The translations under genes and the position numbers were made by a program. The notes under the pieces were generated by a model, which searched no databases, was not told where the DNA came from, and was given only the letters and a program-made list of their open reading frames with translations. A DNA stretch of 64,000 nucleotides, taken from positions 32,001-96,000 of IMG/VR virus record IMGVR_UViG_3300027533_000013; one strand, given 5' to 3'. Position 1 is the first letter of the stretch, and each line of letters starts with the position of its first letter. Of the stretch, positions 1 through 9,622 are shown in pieces. Source of the DNA: a virus (taxonomy: Duplodnaviria; Caudoviricetes).

Positions 1-10
1 TGAGGTAACC

Positions 11-187
11 ATGTGGGTCATCCGAAGCGAGAGAAAACCTAAGCGTGTGCGACCGGGGCGGAAGGAAGGATGGTATTGGGCGAATGAATTTGGATGGACG
101 TCCAAGGATCAAGCTGATCGATTCACCGAGGAACAAAAGGAAACATTCCTGCTACCCCGTGGTGGTGTCTGGGAGGAACTGCAATGA
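11..187 (+). CDS. small hypothetical protein (58 aa)
   Basis: GAGG RBS before ATG 11; MWVIRSERK...WEELQ; stop overlaps the next ATG (ATGA). Confidence 0.55.
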   Translation: MWVIRSERKPKRVRPGRKEGWYWANEFGWTSKDQADRFTEEQKETFLLPRGGVWEELQ

Positions 188-411
188 AATTTGTGGTGTA
201 TGAAATCTGGACGAGAGCTTCTATGGTGGATGCCGATGATACGACGGATGCCTTGAAGAAGTCACAACCGTCGCCGCGTGATGGATTGACCATGTGTAAT
301 TGGTATGCCGTGCCGTTGATGGAACCAATGAAATTGGAGCCATCACCATCGAAGACGTCGTATCTGTCGAAGGTGCAGTCAGAAGTGCCGAAGGAGCCGA
401 ACCCATCATGA
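184..411 (+). CDS. hypothetical protein
   Basis: 75 aa ORF; GGAGG RBS; ATGA overlaps with both neighbours. Confidence 0.6.
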   Translation: MKFVVYEIWTRASMVDADDTTDALKKSQPSPRDGLTMCNWYAVPLMEPMKLEPSPSKTSYLSKVQSEVPKEPNPS

Positions 412-620
412 ACCTTTTACTGACCGATGAAGAACGCCAACGGTTTGCGGATTGGTTGGAGATGAGTGCCGACTCCAATGAGCAAATCGCGGCCCAGATG
501 GAAAGGGTCGGAAGTCCACCGATGATGGCGGTGGCGAAGCTGAATCGTACGGAAGCAGCGGCCATGCGTGTGGTCTTGAGAAAACTCAGGACTACAGAGT
601 CCATGTCCATCAAGCCATAG
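408..620 (+). CDS. hypothetical protein
   Basis: Start chosen at MNLLLTDEE (ATGA overlap, AAGGAG upstream) inside track ORF 300..620. Confidence 0.6.
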   Translation: MNLLLTDEERQRFADWLEMSADSNEQIAAQMERVGSPPMMAVAKLNRTEAAAMRVVLRKLRTTESMSIKP

Positions 621-670
621 TTTGTCAAAACAGCCTTACTATCTTTTGGTGGGAAGGTCGCACAATCGAA

Positions 671-699
671 TTGCAATTGAGTGCAAAAATCCGTAGACT
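671..699 (+). promoter_or_regulatory. sigma70-like promoter for the portal operon, overlapped by the 14-bp palindrome
   Basis: TTGCAA-17 nt-TAGACT; TGCAATTGAGTGCA at 672-685 covers the -35 box. Confidence 0.5.
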
Positions 700-746
700 G
701 GGTCATCCTTGTGTACGACAGAATACCGCTTTGTCAAGGGTGATTC

Positions 747-2612
747 ATGCTCAAGTTGATTGGCGACCCGGTCCAGAAATCTGAACACCCCGAGCACAAG
801 ATAACCTTCATCCAGAAGGTGATTAAGGGTGAGACGTGGCTGGTGATGGCACACAGTGCCGTCGAGCTAGAGGACGAATGGTCCAGCCTCTACTTCACGT
901 CAGGCAGTCAGAACAACCTGTTCCTGATGCCGCCTTTCGAGCCGAATGTCTTGCTCAACCTTGTCCAGACCAACAATGTCCTGAACCAGTGCATCGAAGC
1001 GATGGAGGTGAACATCGATGGCACAGGGCATGAATTTGTCCCGGTGGATGAAGGGAAGGACATCGATAAGAAGGAAGAGAAGATCGCCAAGGCGTTCTTT
1101 GATGAGCCGTACCCGAACATCTCCATGGTCACCATCCGGCGCAAGTTGCGGCGGCAGATGGAGTCTGTAGGGTATGGGTTTATTGAAGTGCTTCGGAACA
1201 TGGCCGAGGACGTGGTGGGTCTTCGCAGTGTGGAGACGGCCCACATCCGGATGGTGAAACTAGACAAGCCCATCCAAGTCAAGAAGAAGGTGCAGCGGGA
1301 TGGCACAGAAGTCGAGCTACTGATCTGGGAACGTGAGCGTCGTTTTGCACAGACCGTCGCCCTGAAACAGCAAGTGTACTATCGGGAATTCGGAACCACC
1401 CGTCATATTAACCGTGACACTGGGGATTGGGAAGAAGAAGGCAAGAAGATCCCGCCTGAAAAGCGTGGGTCGGAGTTGCTCTGTCTGGGTATTAACCCCG
1501 ACGTGACCACTCCGTACTGGTTGCCACGATGGATTAACCAGTTACCATCAGTCATTGGCTCCAGAGCCGCCGAGGAACAGAACCTCCAGTTCTTGGATGC
1601 TGGTGGCCTGCCCCCAGCCATTGTGTTCATTCAGGGTGGCACACTCATCAAGGACACGTCCGACCAACTTCGCATGTATTTGTCGGGCCTCAACAAGAAC
1701 AAGAACCGGGCGGTGGTGGTCGAGGTCCAGTCATCGTCAGGTTCACTTGATGCGGCTGGCAAGGTCGATGTGAAGGTGGAGCGTTTCGGTTCTGCCCAGT
1801 CTCAGGATGCGATGTATACCCAGTATGATGAGTCCACTAAGGAGCACATCCGTATTGGCTTCAGACTCCCACCCCTGTTTCTGGGTTATGCGTCAGACTA
1901 CAACTTCGCCACCGCACAAGTGAGCTACATGGTGGCCGAGGCGCAGGTCTTTCTGCCAGAGCGTGCTGAGTTTGACGAGATGATCAACAAGACCATCATG
2001 AAGGAGCTAAAACTCAAGACGCTCCTGTTCAAGTCGAAGCCCATCACGCTGAAGGATGTGGAGACGCAGTTGAAAGCTCTTGAATTGTCGGCGGCACTGG
2101 CCACACGCGAGAGCTACCTGAAGGAAATCAACACAGTCAGTAGCATGGCACTGGAACTGGCTGAAGTGCCTGCTCAGGGTGTTGGTCCCGACAACGTGCC
2201 ACTCAAGAATACGCCTACGGCTGATGAACTGGATTCGGGTAAGTTGCCTGCATCCATGACGGAAGTGAAGCCGGGTGTGAAGCCAGAACCCAAGGAAACC
2301 ATCGAAGAAATGGGGAAGAAGGAAGAAGTCAAGTCCATGGCCCGAGCAAAGGCCAAGGCCATGTATACCTTCAAGGAGCGGAAGGCGGCAGGCGATCTAC
2401 TTGCGTTGACGCAGGACTATGCCATGTATCAGGGTCTGATGCCCACACTGGCACAGAAGCAGGAATTGACCGCTGAGCGTGCTGAGGAAATCAATGCTGA
2501 GGTCGAGTCGTTGCACCCCGAAGACCTGAGAGCGTTTAATAGCTTACTGGCTATGGTGGTGTTTGGGTCCGATGATGCGGACCTGTCGTCCATCGTTGCG
2601 GCGTCGAGGTAA
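747..2612 (+). CDS. phage portal protein (PBSX/XkdE-like)
   Basis: 621 aa; G.G.IEVLRN, YW.PRW, EEQNLQFLDAGG.P, IRIGFRLPPLFLG..DYNFATA motifs typical of portals; first gene of the head module. Confidence 0.9.
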   Translation: MLKLIGDPVQKSEHPEHKITFIQKVIKGETWLVMAHSAVELEDEWSSLYFTSGSQNNLFLMPPFEPNVLLNLVQTNNVLNQCIEAMEVNIDGTGHEFVPVDEGKDIDKKEEKIAKAFFDEPYPNISMVTIRRKLRRQMESVGYGFIEVLRNMAEDVVGLRSVETAHIRMVKLDKPIQVKKKVQRDGTEVELLIWERERRFAQTVALKQQVYYREFGTTRHINRDTGDWEEEGKKIPPEKRGSELLCLGINPDVTTPYWLPRWINQLPSVIGSRAAEEQNLQFLDAGGLPPAIVFIQGGTLIKDTSDQLRMYLSGLNKNKNRAVVVEVQSSSGSLDAAGKVDVKVERFGSAQSQDAMYTQYDESTKEHIRIGFRLPPLFLGYASDYNFATAQVSYMVAEAQVFLPERAEFDEMINKTIMKELKLKTLLFKSKPITLKDVETQLKALELSAALATRESYLKEINTVSSMALELAEVPAQGVGPDNVPLKNTPTADELDSGKLPASMTEVKPGVKPEPKETIEEMGKKEEVKSMARAKAKAMYTFKERKAAGDLLALTQDYAMYQGLMPTLAQKQELTAERAEEINAEVESLHPEDLRAFNSLLAMVVFGSDDADLSSIVAASR

Positions 2613-2614
2613 CC

Positions 2615-3715
2615 ATGGACTACGCCCGTATTCTCAAGTGGAGTCCTAACCAGTTGCGAAACCCCGCAGGGTCACCCGAGGGAGGACGATGGGCGAAGGG
2701 TCTTACCCCACAGGGGGAACGAGATCGATGGCATGGGAAGGATCAGGCGAAGGGTCGGAGACTTGGTACAACTGAGGCTGCTAGGACCATAGAATTTCAG
2801 AGGAATGAAGCTCCCACGTTTCCCAAGGGTACGAGCACTCAGCAACGTGAGTACATTGCAGGGCTGTCTCCGAAGGCGCAGCGACGTATTCGGGACGCTG
2901 AAAATAAAGTCATACAGGATGCAGCACTGGCCGAGATGAAAGCCAATATGGCGGTGTCAAAGTCCCCGCCACTGGATCGGACTCCGTCTGGTGAACACAG
3001 GAATACGCTCAGGACGCCCATCGTAGAACACTCAGAACACACACGGGAGTTGGGCGGCGGCATCAATGAATCCTTGGTGGTGGAAATTGATGGCAAAGAG
3101 TTTGTGTTCAAGCCGGTTGAGGGAGAAAAACATGGCGGGAGTGGTGAGGCGTCACTCGCAGAACGTGAAGTGATCGCATCTCGCATGGATGACGAACTGG
3201 GGTTCGACTTGGTGCCCATGACGGTGATGGGTGAAGTCGAAATCTCGGCCCCTAAATATCCAGAATATGACGAGACGCCTGTGAAAAGGATAGGCTCACT
3301 CCAAGAGTTTCAGGCAGGCGCAAGGAATTATGGCGTGGCGGATGTGAGTGGTCTGTCACGAAAAGATATCGGGAACATGGCGGTGCTCGATGCCCTTCTG
3401 GGAAATACTGACCGGCATACCGGTAATGCCATGGTGAAAGGTAATCAGTTAATTGCCATTGACCATGGTTACACGATGAGTGAAGTACGCGGCACCAACA
3501 GTTTAGCGGTCGATAATCTCAGACGAGATGATTTACCCACGAAATATCAGGGCGAATTAGCGGAGCGCATTGAGAAGATGGATGTAGCCCGTGTGCTTGA
3601 TGGGTCACATATTGGGAAGGCGGAACGAGCGTCCTTTGAGCGCCGGAGAAAAATCGTCATCAACCAGTTGCGTAAGGGAGAAATCCACCTGATTGGTGGA
3701 GCGTTATATGCGTGA
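2615..3715 (+). CDS. PI3/4-kinase/HipA-like kinase effector 1 with N-terminal tag
   Basis: GGGINES, VFKP..GE, REVIA, LGFDLVPMT, GSLQ, DALLGNTDRHTGN, AIDHG; N-terminus YARILKWSPNQLRNPAGSPEGGRW. Confidence 0.8.
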   Translation: MDYARILKWSPNQLRNPAGSPEGGRWAKGLTPQGERDRWHGKDQAKGRRLGTTEAARTIEFQRNEAPTFPKGTSTQQREYIAGLSPKAQRRIRDAENKVIQDAALAEMKANMAVSKSPPLDRTPSGEHRNTLRTPIVEHSEHTRELGGGINESLVVEIDGKEFVFKPVEGEKHGGSGEASLAEREVIASRMDDELGFDLVPMTVMGEVEISAPKYPEYDETPVKRIGSLQEFQAGARNYGVADVSGLSRKDIGNMAVLDALLGNTDRHTGNAMVKGNQLIAIDHGYTMSEVRGTNSLAVDNLRRDDLPTKYQGELAERIEKMDVARVLDGSHIGKAERASFERRRKIVINQLRKGEIHLIGGALYA

Positions 3716-3977
3716 ACTCACCATCTATAACTACAGCATGAAGCCCGAAGAAGTCTTGGGTAAGGTACGGCTGGTGGAGGGTGAAGTCACCATCACTGGA
3801 TTCCCACCACGGATGATGGCCGAGCTACAGGCAGGCATGCCTGATGCGAACACCGGCACCCGCATCATGCCGGATCAGGGCGTGGTGTTTTTCGAAGCGG
3901 TGCTGAATCGGTATACCGGAGCGTATGTCCGAGCCGTGGAGCGGAGCATGGCGGATGTATTGAAGTCCCATGGCTAA
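3708..3977 (+). CDS. putative immunity protein for kinase 1
   Basis: Overlaps the kinase stop; MRELTIYNYSMKPEEVLGKVRLVEG resembles ORFs 8151 and 9623; ends MADVLKSHG. Confidence 0.6.
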   Translation: MRELTIYNYSMKPEEVLGKVRLVEGEVTITGFPPRMMAELQAGMPDANTGTRIMPDQGVVFFEAVLNRYTGAYVRAVERSMADVLKSHG

Positions 3978-4452
3978 ATCCTTCACCGACGTGCTCAAGT
4001 GGGATGAGCATAAGCATCCCAGAGATAAACATGGGTTGTTCACGATGGGGACAGGCCCATTTGGGCACACGCCTGATGACCCCAAAAAAATCGTGCAGGT
4101 CTATGGGCTATCAGACTTTCCAGAGGATGCCCCGCCAGATCCCTTGGAGCCCAAGTATCAGACCGAGGAGAGAGCCGAGCAGGCTGAGCGGCGAAGCCAG
4201 CGAATTCATCTGACCCAAGAAAGTGATCCCAAGCTCCCACCTATGGGGTCGTTGACCACGAATACCGCCGCCAAGCAGCGGGGTATTGAGCGGCGGAAGA
4301 AGCGGAAGGAAAAAGCCGCACGGATGGCCGAAGCCAGACGAAAAGAAGGTGGCGTCGTCGGAGCGAAGCAGAGAGCCCTAGATTTCCGCATGGCGCAAGG
4401 CCGCGCACAGCAGAAAATTATCCGAGCTATCCGAGAGCGTAAAGACGACTAG
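3970..4452 (+). CDS. tagged basic internal head protein, function unknown
   Basis: N-terminus SFTDVLKWDEHKHPRDKHGLF; K/R-rich C-terminus. Confidence 0.6.
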   Translation: MAKSFTDVLKWDEHKHPRDKHGLFTMGTGPFGHTPDDPKKIVQVYGLSDFPEDAPPDPLEPKYQTEERAEQAERRSQRIHLTQESDPKLPPMGSLTTNTAAKQRGIERRKKRKEKAARMAEARRKEGGVVGAKQRALDFRMAQGRAQQKIIRAIRERKDD

Positions 4453-4454
4453 CC

Positions 4455-6092
4455 GTGGCGAAGACTGTAGACCTGAGAACGTATATCGCACTGGAGAGGG
4501 CGTTTCTTAGGCGTCTTCTGCGGACGTGGCGTATTCAGTCGGCTCCCATTTACCAGAAAATCACGCAAGCCTGTCTCGACCATAAATGGGATGAAGCCCG
4601 TCGATTGGTGCCCGATCTGGATATGGCTGAAGTCGGCACGGAAAACAAAGAGTGGATTACCTACATGCTCCTGTCGTGTGGCGTGTTCGGGGCCAACATG
4701 GTGGCGAGAGGTAAACCCTCCTTTGTGGGCGTGGGCACTTTCGATACCTTCCTGAAGCAGACCACCAACAACATGCTCCAGTATCTGGAGCACAACGCCA
4801 CCGCACAGATTCAGAAGGATGCTCTGCAATTGATTGCAGAGGATGAGGCCAAGACCAAAGCCATCAAGTTCGATGAGAGTAAACACCCACGAGATGGTAA
4901 AGGTAGGTTCGCTTACCATGGCACGTCCAATGAGTTGGCCGAGAAGATTCTGAAGGAAGGACTCAAGCCTCTCAGCGAGATGGATCGGAGTTCTCCCATA
5001 GGGAAAGGGTTTGCATCCACGAGTGAGAAAGTGGCGCTGAGTTATGCGGCGATGGCGTCGGATGATTCGGTGGACACTATTACAGTGTTTGTGTTCAAGC
5101 CAGAAGCCAGTCGTTACTTCCAGCCTGCCAACAAGCATGCTTTTGGGCCATCGGGTTCGTGGGCACAAGCGCGTAGCACAGAGATGTCGAGCACAGAGAC
5201 TGTGCCACCGGAATTGATTCACGAGGTGCGTCAGTATCGACTGGCTGATGTGGTCGAGGCACTAGGGCCGCAAGGTGGGAAACAGTATGCAGATTGGGAG
5301 TCTCCACTGGAGGATGTAGATCCAGTGAAGGTGGTCCGAAAAGAAGATCAGGTCATTTATGTGGCCTTTTTGACCACGTCTGGGCCTGTGTTAAAATGGG
5401 ATGCGTCGAAACACCCACGGGAACCCAAGGGAAGCGCCATAGGAGGGCAGTTCACCGAGGGAACCGTGCAGGAGGGTCCGGACTTTACCCGAGTGGCCAT
5501 CACGAGTCAGCGGCCAGAGGGTGATCCGGGGCACCAAGCGAACAAAGAGGTCTTCCAGCACATGCACGAGTTCCAGAGCCGTCTGGAGGCCCTACCGGGG
5601 GTTACCAGAGTCTCTGTGAAGCCGGGAGTCGGTGGGTGGGATGGTGGGTCGGAGTCCATGTGGCAAGTGTTCTACCGGGGCAACGGAGCCGCCAGACGGT
5701 TGGTGGCGCAGACGGCTAAGACGTTCAATCAGGATGCGGTGCTGGTCCTGAAGAAGTGTACGGGCAGTAATTGCCAGCCTGCGGTAGAATTGTCGTTCGC
5801 GGGTGGGGTGTCTCCGGTCGTCAGGGAAAAGGTCCATGCGGTGCTGGTGAAGAACGGCATCCAAGGGTGGACGTGGATGAAGCGGGGCGGAAAGACCCTA
5901 CTCCGGATGGTGTCGGTGCCCCAGTGGGGTGGCGTGGCTGAGAAGCACCAGAAGGCGACAGCCGCCGTCAGTCAGAAGTTACGAGAGGATGGGCTAGAGA
6001 ACCATCGTAGCGTGCATAAAGTGGCCGTATCGGTCATGGAGCGCGAGGGAGACAACAGCTATGACCGAATCATCGGACGAACAGGCACGTAA
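4455..6092 (+). CDS. MuF N-terminal half fused to an ADP-ribosyltransferase-like domain and a possible SAM-lyase-like domain
   Basis: Helical N-terminus; tag AIKFDESKHPRDGKGRF; ART motifs YHGTS..ILKEGLKP..FASTS..ALSYA..VPPELI; second tag VLKWDASKHPREPKGSAIGGQF; third domain GGWDGGSESMWQV..FNQDAVL. Confidence 0.6.
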   Translation: MAKTVDLRTYIALERAFLRRLLRTWRIQSAPIYQKITQACLDHKWDEARRLVPDLDMAEVGTENKEWITYMLLSCGVFGANMVARGKPSFVGVGTFDTFLKQTTNNMLQYLEHNATAQIQKDALQLIAEDEAKTKAIKFDESKHPRDGKGRFAYHGTSNELAEKILKEGLKPLSEMDRSSPIGKGFASTSEKVALSYAAMASDDSVDTITVFVFKPEASRYFQPANKHAFGPSGSWAQARSTEMSSTETVPPELIHEVRQYRLADVVEALGPQGGKQYADWESPLEDVDPVKVVRKEDQVIYVAFLTTSGPVLKWDASKHPREPKGSAIGGQFTEGTVQEGPDFTRVAITSQRPEGDPGHQANKEVFQHMHEFQSRLEALPGVTRVSVKPGVGGWDGGSESMWQVFYRGNGAARRLVAQTAKTFNQDAVLVLKKCTGSNCQPAVELSFAGGVSPVVREKVHAVLVKNGIQGWTWMKRGGKTLLRMVSVPQWGGVAEKHQKATAAVSQKLREDGLENHRSVHKVAVSVMEREGDNSYDRIIGRTGT

Positions 6093-6231
6093 GGAGTTGC
6101 GGGAAGCGTTGGCTCAGGAGCAGGCCACAGGTGAACCAGTGGATGACTCGTGGACCAATGACCTACCCAGTGATCCACTCCCCGAGGATGACGAGGACGT
6201 GTCGGCCACGTTCGTGAAGAAGCATACGTAG
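6061..6231 (+). CDS. small acidic protein (56 aa), candidate immunity/partner
   Basis: MTESSDEQARKELREAL...EDDEDVSATFVKKHT; GAGGGA RBS; overlaps the end of 4455..6092; too short for the ORF track. Confidence 0.5.
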   Translation: MTESSDEQARKELREALAQEQATGEPVDDSWTNDLPSDPLPEDDEDVSATFVKKHT

Positions 6232-6237
6232 GACACC

Positions 6238-8094
6238 ATGCCACCACTTACCCGGCAATTGATTGCAACTATCAAGTCTATGGTGCAGGGCTATGCCCAC
6301 GTCTTGAAGTGGAATCGCAACCAGCCGCGTGGCCCGAAGGGGTCAGCCACGGGTGGGCAGTGGATCAGTCAAGGGAGTCATGGGACCGGAGCGGCCAGCG
6401 CAATCGATGATAAATACGGCACGGCACCGGGGATGGAACGCTACGCCACCCATGGGGATCGTGGCGCAGGCTTTTCCACCATGGATCGAGCACGGGCTAT
6501 CGCAGGCCACACGCGGACACCCGACCCATCCTTCAAGCCTGTTCTGTTGAACGTCAAAGAAGGTGGCCGAGGATTTGTGAATCGTCCTCGTGGAGTGGGT
6601 GTTCCCGAACCACCACCGCCTGATCCACATCAGGAAGTCATTCAGGCCCTGAAGACCGACCGAGCGACAGACAGCCGCCCACTGGGGAATGCAGGCAATG
6701 CGAATGCCTCATGTGTGGTGACGTTGGTGGATGACAAGGGGGAGACCATCGAAGCCGTCTATAAACCCGAACGTGGTGAATCGTGGAGTTTGCGTTTTGC
6801 GAACCATGACATCAAGAAGATGGTCACCAACAAGGACTTTTCGTTGGCGGCTCGTGAAACCTTTGCGTATGAGGTGGATTCGGCACTGAAGCTGGAAATC
6901 GTGCCTGAAACCGTGCTCCGTGAGGTCGTAGACGAAACTAACATCGATATCAACACCAAGGCCAAAGGCGGAATGAACAGTGGTGATGGGCAGGGATACG
7001 ATTCAGACCAAGCCCGAGAGGATTATCGAGACTATCAGGAAAATGCCGAAGAAGACGCCAGAGAAAATGCCTATGAGGAAGCTGGCGACCAGATGGCTGA
7101 CCTATACCATGAGGCACAAAAAGAGCATGTTTCTGATATCCAAGAACGTGCCAAAGAGGTACAGGAAATCTGGGATGAGGAATATGAGGCGTTCAGAGAT
7201 CAGGATGCCCATGGAACACGTTCCGCCATGTTGGAACATCCCACGTTGCCCATGGGGTCTAAGGAACCCTTTGAGCGCAAGCCGGATGAAGGCAAACTGA
7301 ATCCCATCGAGTTTCTGGATGAAGCAAACGTCGATGTCACGGACTCTATGAACGAGGCCGAGGAAAACAAGGTCCGAGAACTTATCCGAGCGAAATTGAA
7401 GGACGGCTACAGCGGGTTCGATGAAGTCGATGAAGATGACGCGGAAGAACATCTGGACCGGGATAAATTCATCGAAGACCATGCGGACACCGAGGCCAGA
7501 ATCATTGACAGTATCGTAGCGAAAAACGTCCAGTCCTATACCGAGTGGCGTCACGACCATGGGTATAACACGTCAGGCACTGCTCCGAGCGGCAGTGGGA
7601 GTGGCAGTGGCCCTGATATGAATCCTGATGCGCCCCATCCTCAAGGGGGGTCGTTTCAGCACTACCGCAGTGATGCACGGAAAGACGGATACCTCAGTGC
7701 CAGTGGTGGAGCCAAGTTGGCGGTGCTGGACTACATGATCGGCACCATGGATCGTCACCCGAACAATTTGATGTACGACGGAACGGAACCTGTGGCTATC
7801 GACAACGGCTACAGTATGCCTGCGGTGCCTGACGGTGATCCGCCCGATGCTTTCACCTTCCGGTCGCATGGCGCGAGGGATTGGGCTAGTTCCGGCACAA
7901 TACCAGACGCCACCCGAACTGAGATACTCGATTCCATGTCGAAGACGAATTGGCAGGCCGTGATGGACCGCCACCCGAACATGAATGCACTGGAGCGGAA
8001 GGCATTTCTGGGCCGTGTCGAGAAGATGAAGACGGCGTTGGGCACTCCGGATGGCCTGAAAAACCTGTGGAGCGGTTTGAACAATATGTGGTAA
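6238..8094 (+). CDS. PI3/4-kinase/HipA-like kinase effector 2 with a large acidic insertion
   Basis: Tag GYAHVLKWNRNQPRGPKGSATGGQW; VYKPERGE, RETFAY, IVPETVLRE, PHPQGGS, LDYMIGTMDRHPNN, AIDNGYS. Confidence 0.8.
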   Translation: MPPLTRQLIATIKSMVQGYAHVLKWNRNQPRGPKGSATGGQWISQGSHGTGAASAIDDKYGTAPGMERYATHGDRGAGFSTMDRARAIAGHTRTPDPSFKPVLLNVKEGGRGFVNRPRGVGVPEPPPPDPHQEVIQALKTDRATDSRPLGNAGNANASCVVTLVDDKGETIEAVYKPERGESWSLRFANHDIKKMVTNKDFSLAARETFAYEVDSALKLEIVPETVLREVVDETNIDINTKAKGGMNSGDGQGYDSDQAREDYRDYQENAEEDARENAYEEAGDQMADLYHEAQKEHVSDIQERAKEVQEIWDEEYEAFRDQDAHGTRSAMLEHPTLPMGSKEPFERKPDEGKLNPIEFLDEANVDVTDSMNEAEENKVRELIRAKLKDGYSGFDEVDEDDAEEHLDRDKFIEDHADTEARIIDSIVAKNVQSYTEWRHDHGYNTSGTAPSGSGSGSGPDMNPDAPHPQGGSFQHYRSDARKDGYLSASGGAKLAVLDYMIGTMDRHPNNLMYDGTEPVAIDNGYSMPAVPDGDPPDAFTFRSHGARDWASSGTIPDATRTEILDSMSKTNWQAVMDRHPNMNALERKAFLGRVEKMKTALGTPDGLKNLWSGLNNMW

Positions 8095-8100
8095 CAGTAA

Positions 8101-8129
8101 TTGACAAATTGTTCAAATTGTGATACAGT
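8101..8129 (+). promoter_or_regulatory. sigma70-like promoter for the putative immunity gene 8151
   Basis: TTGACA-17-TACAGT with TG extended -10. Confidence 0.7.
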
Positions 8130-8150
8130 AATGGGTGGAGGATTCTAGTT

Positions 8151-8378
8151 ATGCACACCGAGATTTGGGATCATACGGGGGGAAGGTCGAGGGTGATGGC
8201 CATCGTCCGAGTGGATGGTGGAAAGCTCTCGATTGAAGAAAAAGAACCCATGCCGCCATCCTATCACAAGATGATCGAGATGACGCAGGCACGGATGCAC
8301 GGAGAACGAGCGTTTCTACGGCAGTTGGAAGTGGAATTTTCGGGGTCATACATCACGGCGACGTTCAAGAAAGACTGA
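8151..8378 (+). CDS. putative immunity protein for kinase 2
   Basis: GGAGG RBS; MHTEIWDHTGGRSRVMAIVRVDGGKL...FSGSYITA resembles ORFs 3708 and 9623. Confidence 0.6.
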   Translation: MHTEIWDHTGGRSRVMAIVRVDGGKLSIEEKEPMPPSYHKMIEMTQARMHGERAFLRQLEVEFSGSYITATFKKD

Positions 8379-8380
8379 CC

Positions 8381-9583
8381 ATGCTGATCTTCCAGCGGAA
8401 GCCTGTGCAATCAATTGCATACGTCTCCATCCTGAAGTGGGATCGGAACCAGCCCCGTGTCCCGAAAGGGTCACCAGAGAGTGGACGATGGACGCAGGGT
8501 GGTGTCAGTCAGGGTCTCGCCGCCACCACCATGGCCGGTCGAACGCCCAGAACGTCTACGTTCAAGCCGCCTGAGTATGGCTTTGGCAGTACGGAAGATC
8601 GTCGGATGGAAGCAGATAGGGCAAAAGCCGCAGGGTTTGCCACGATCATGAACGCCCCCATGGGCACGGGGTTTGCGAACCCACCACGTATCACCGGGCA
8701 ATCTTCGATGGTGAGGCGGTTGACGACGCCATCGAAAGCCCCGGTAGTATCGGCGGCACCAACTGGTTCGTCATTGAATTCGATGAGGACTGGCAACATC
8801 GCAGATTCTGAGGAAATCAATCCGGGGACACACGCCAATGAAACGTACAAAGTGACGTTGGAGGATGGGACCGTTGCCGCATTGAAGGCTGAATCAGGTG
8901 AACGCTGGGCCGCAGCCTTTTGGAATGACGATATTTCAAACTACGTCATCAACCGGGATCTGTCGCTGGGTGAGAGAGAAGCCATTGCCTTTGAAGTCTC
9001 AGAGGCGTTAGGACTGGATCTGGTGCCGGAGACGGTCCTCCGAGAACACATTGATGTTGTTAGTACCGGGCAACCTTTTGAGGGAGTGAACATCATGAAT
9101 GATGAGGCACCCCATCCACATGGAGGTAGTCTCACGAAGTGGGTGCCGGGTATTGATTCCGATGGTCAGAAAGCGACTCCACAAGAAATCCGAAGACTGG
9201 CAGTATTGGATTACGCTATGGGGCAGATGGATCGGCATCCCAACAATGTGTCCTTCGACGCTAATGGCAAGCTCCTCGCCATGGACAATGGTTACAGTCT
9301 TCCGGCTCCCATCTATGGTCATGATGAATTCACTTTCCGGTCGGCCACCACAAGAACGTGGAGGGAGTCAGCTAGTGACGACTTTCCAGAGGATGAACGG
9401 AAGCAAATGGCCGATGCGTTAGATAGGACGGACTGGACAGCGTTTGCTGATCGTCATTCGGGCATGAGCAGTCGAGAACGTGAAGCGTTTTTGGGTCGCA
9501 TTGAGAATCTGAAAGAAGCCATGAAGACCACCACGGGCTTGAAGGAACTGTGGAAGAACCAGACCCTGTATATGGACAATTGA
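8381..9583 (+). CDS. PI3/4-kinase/HipA-like kinase effector 3
   Basis: Tag AYVSILKWDRNQPRVPKGSPESGRW; ALKAESGE, REAIAF, LVPETVLRE, LDYAMGQMDRHPNN, AMDNGYS; close paralog of 6238..8094. Confidence 0.8.
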   Translation: MLIFQRKPVQSIAYVSILKWDRNQPRVPKGSPESGRWTQGGVSQGLAATTMAGRTPRTSTFKPPEYGFGSTEDRRMEADRAKAAGFATIMNAPMGTGFANPPRITGQSSMVRRLTTPSKAPVVSAAPTGSSLNSMRTGNIADSEEINPGTHANETYKVTLEDGTVAALKAESGERWAAAFWNDDISNYVINRDLSLGEREAIAFEVSEALGLDLVPETVLREHIDVVSTGQPFEGVNIMNDEAPHPHGGSLTKWVPGIDSDGQKATPQEIRRLAVLDYAMGQMDRHPNNVSFDANGKLLAMDNGYSLPAPIYGHDEFTFRSATTRTWRESASDDFPEDERKQMADALDRTDWTAFADRHSGMSSREREAFLGRIENLKEAMKTTTGLKELWKNQTLYMDN

Positions 9584-9601
9584 CAAATTATCTGATAGAC
9601 T
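9573..9601 (+). promoter_or_regulatory. sigma70-like promoter for the putative immunity gene 9623
   Basis: TGGACA-17-TAGACT with TG extension; a TTGACA also lies at 9580. Confidence 0.55.
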
Positions 9602-9622
9602 ACAGGGGCATGGAGGTGCTAG

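Noticed and set aside
621-737. Leftward TTGACA boxes at 623-628 and 732-737 as antisense promoters
   Set aside because: No acceptable -10 element at 17-nt spacing.
1-746. Terminase or integrase next to the portal
   Set aside because: Only small hypothetical ORFs precede the portal. Neither gene was recognised anywhere in the window, so lifestyle and packaging mode cannot be assigned.
6925-7620. Kinase 2 insertion as an intein
   Set aside because: No Cys/Ser start block and no His-Asn terminus; the composition is acidic and helical.
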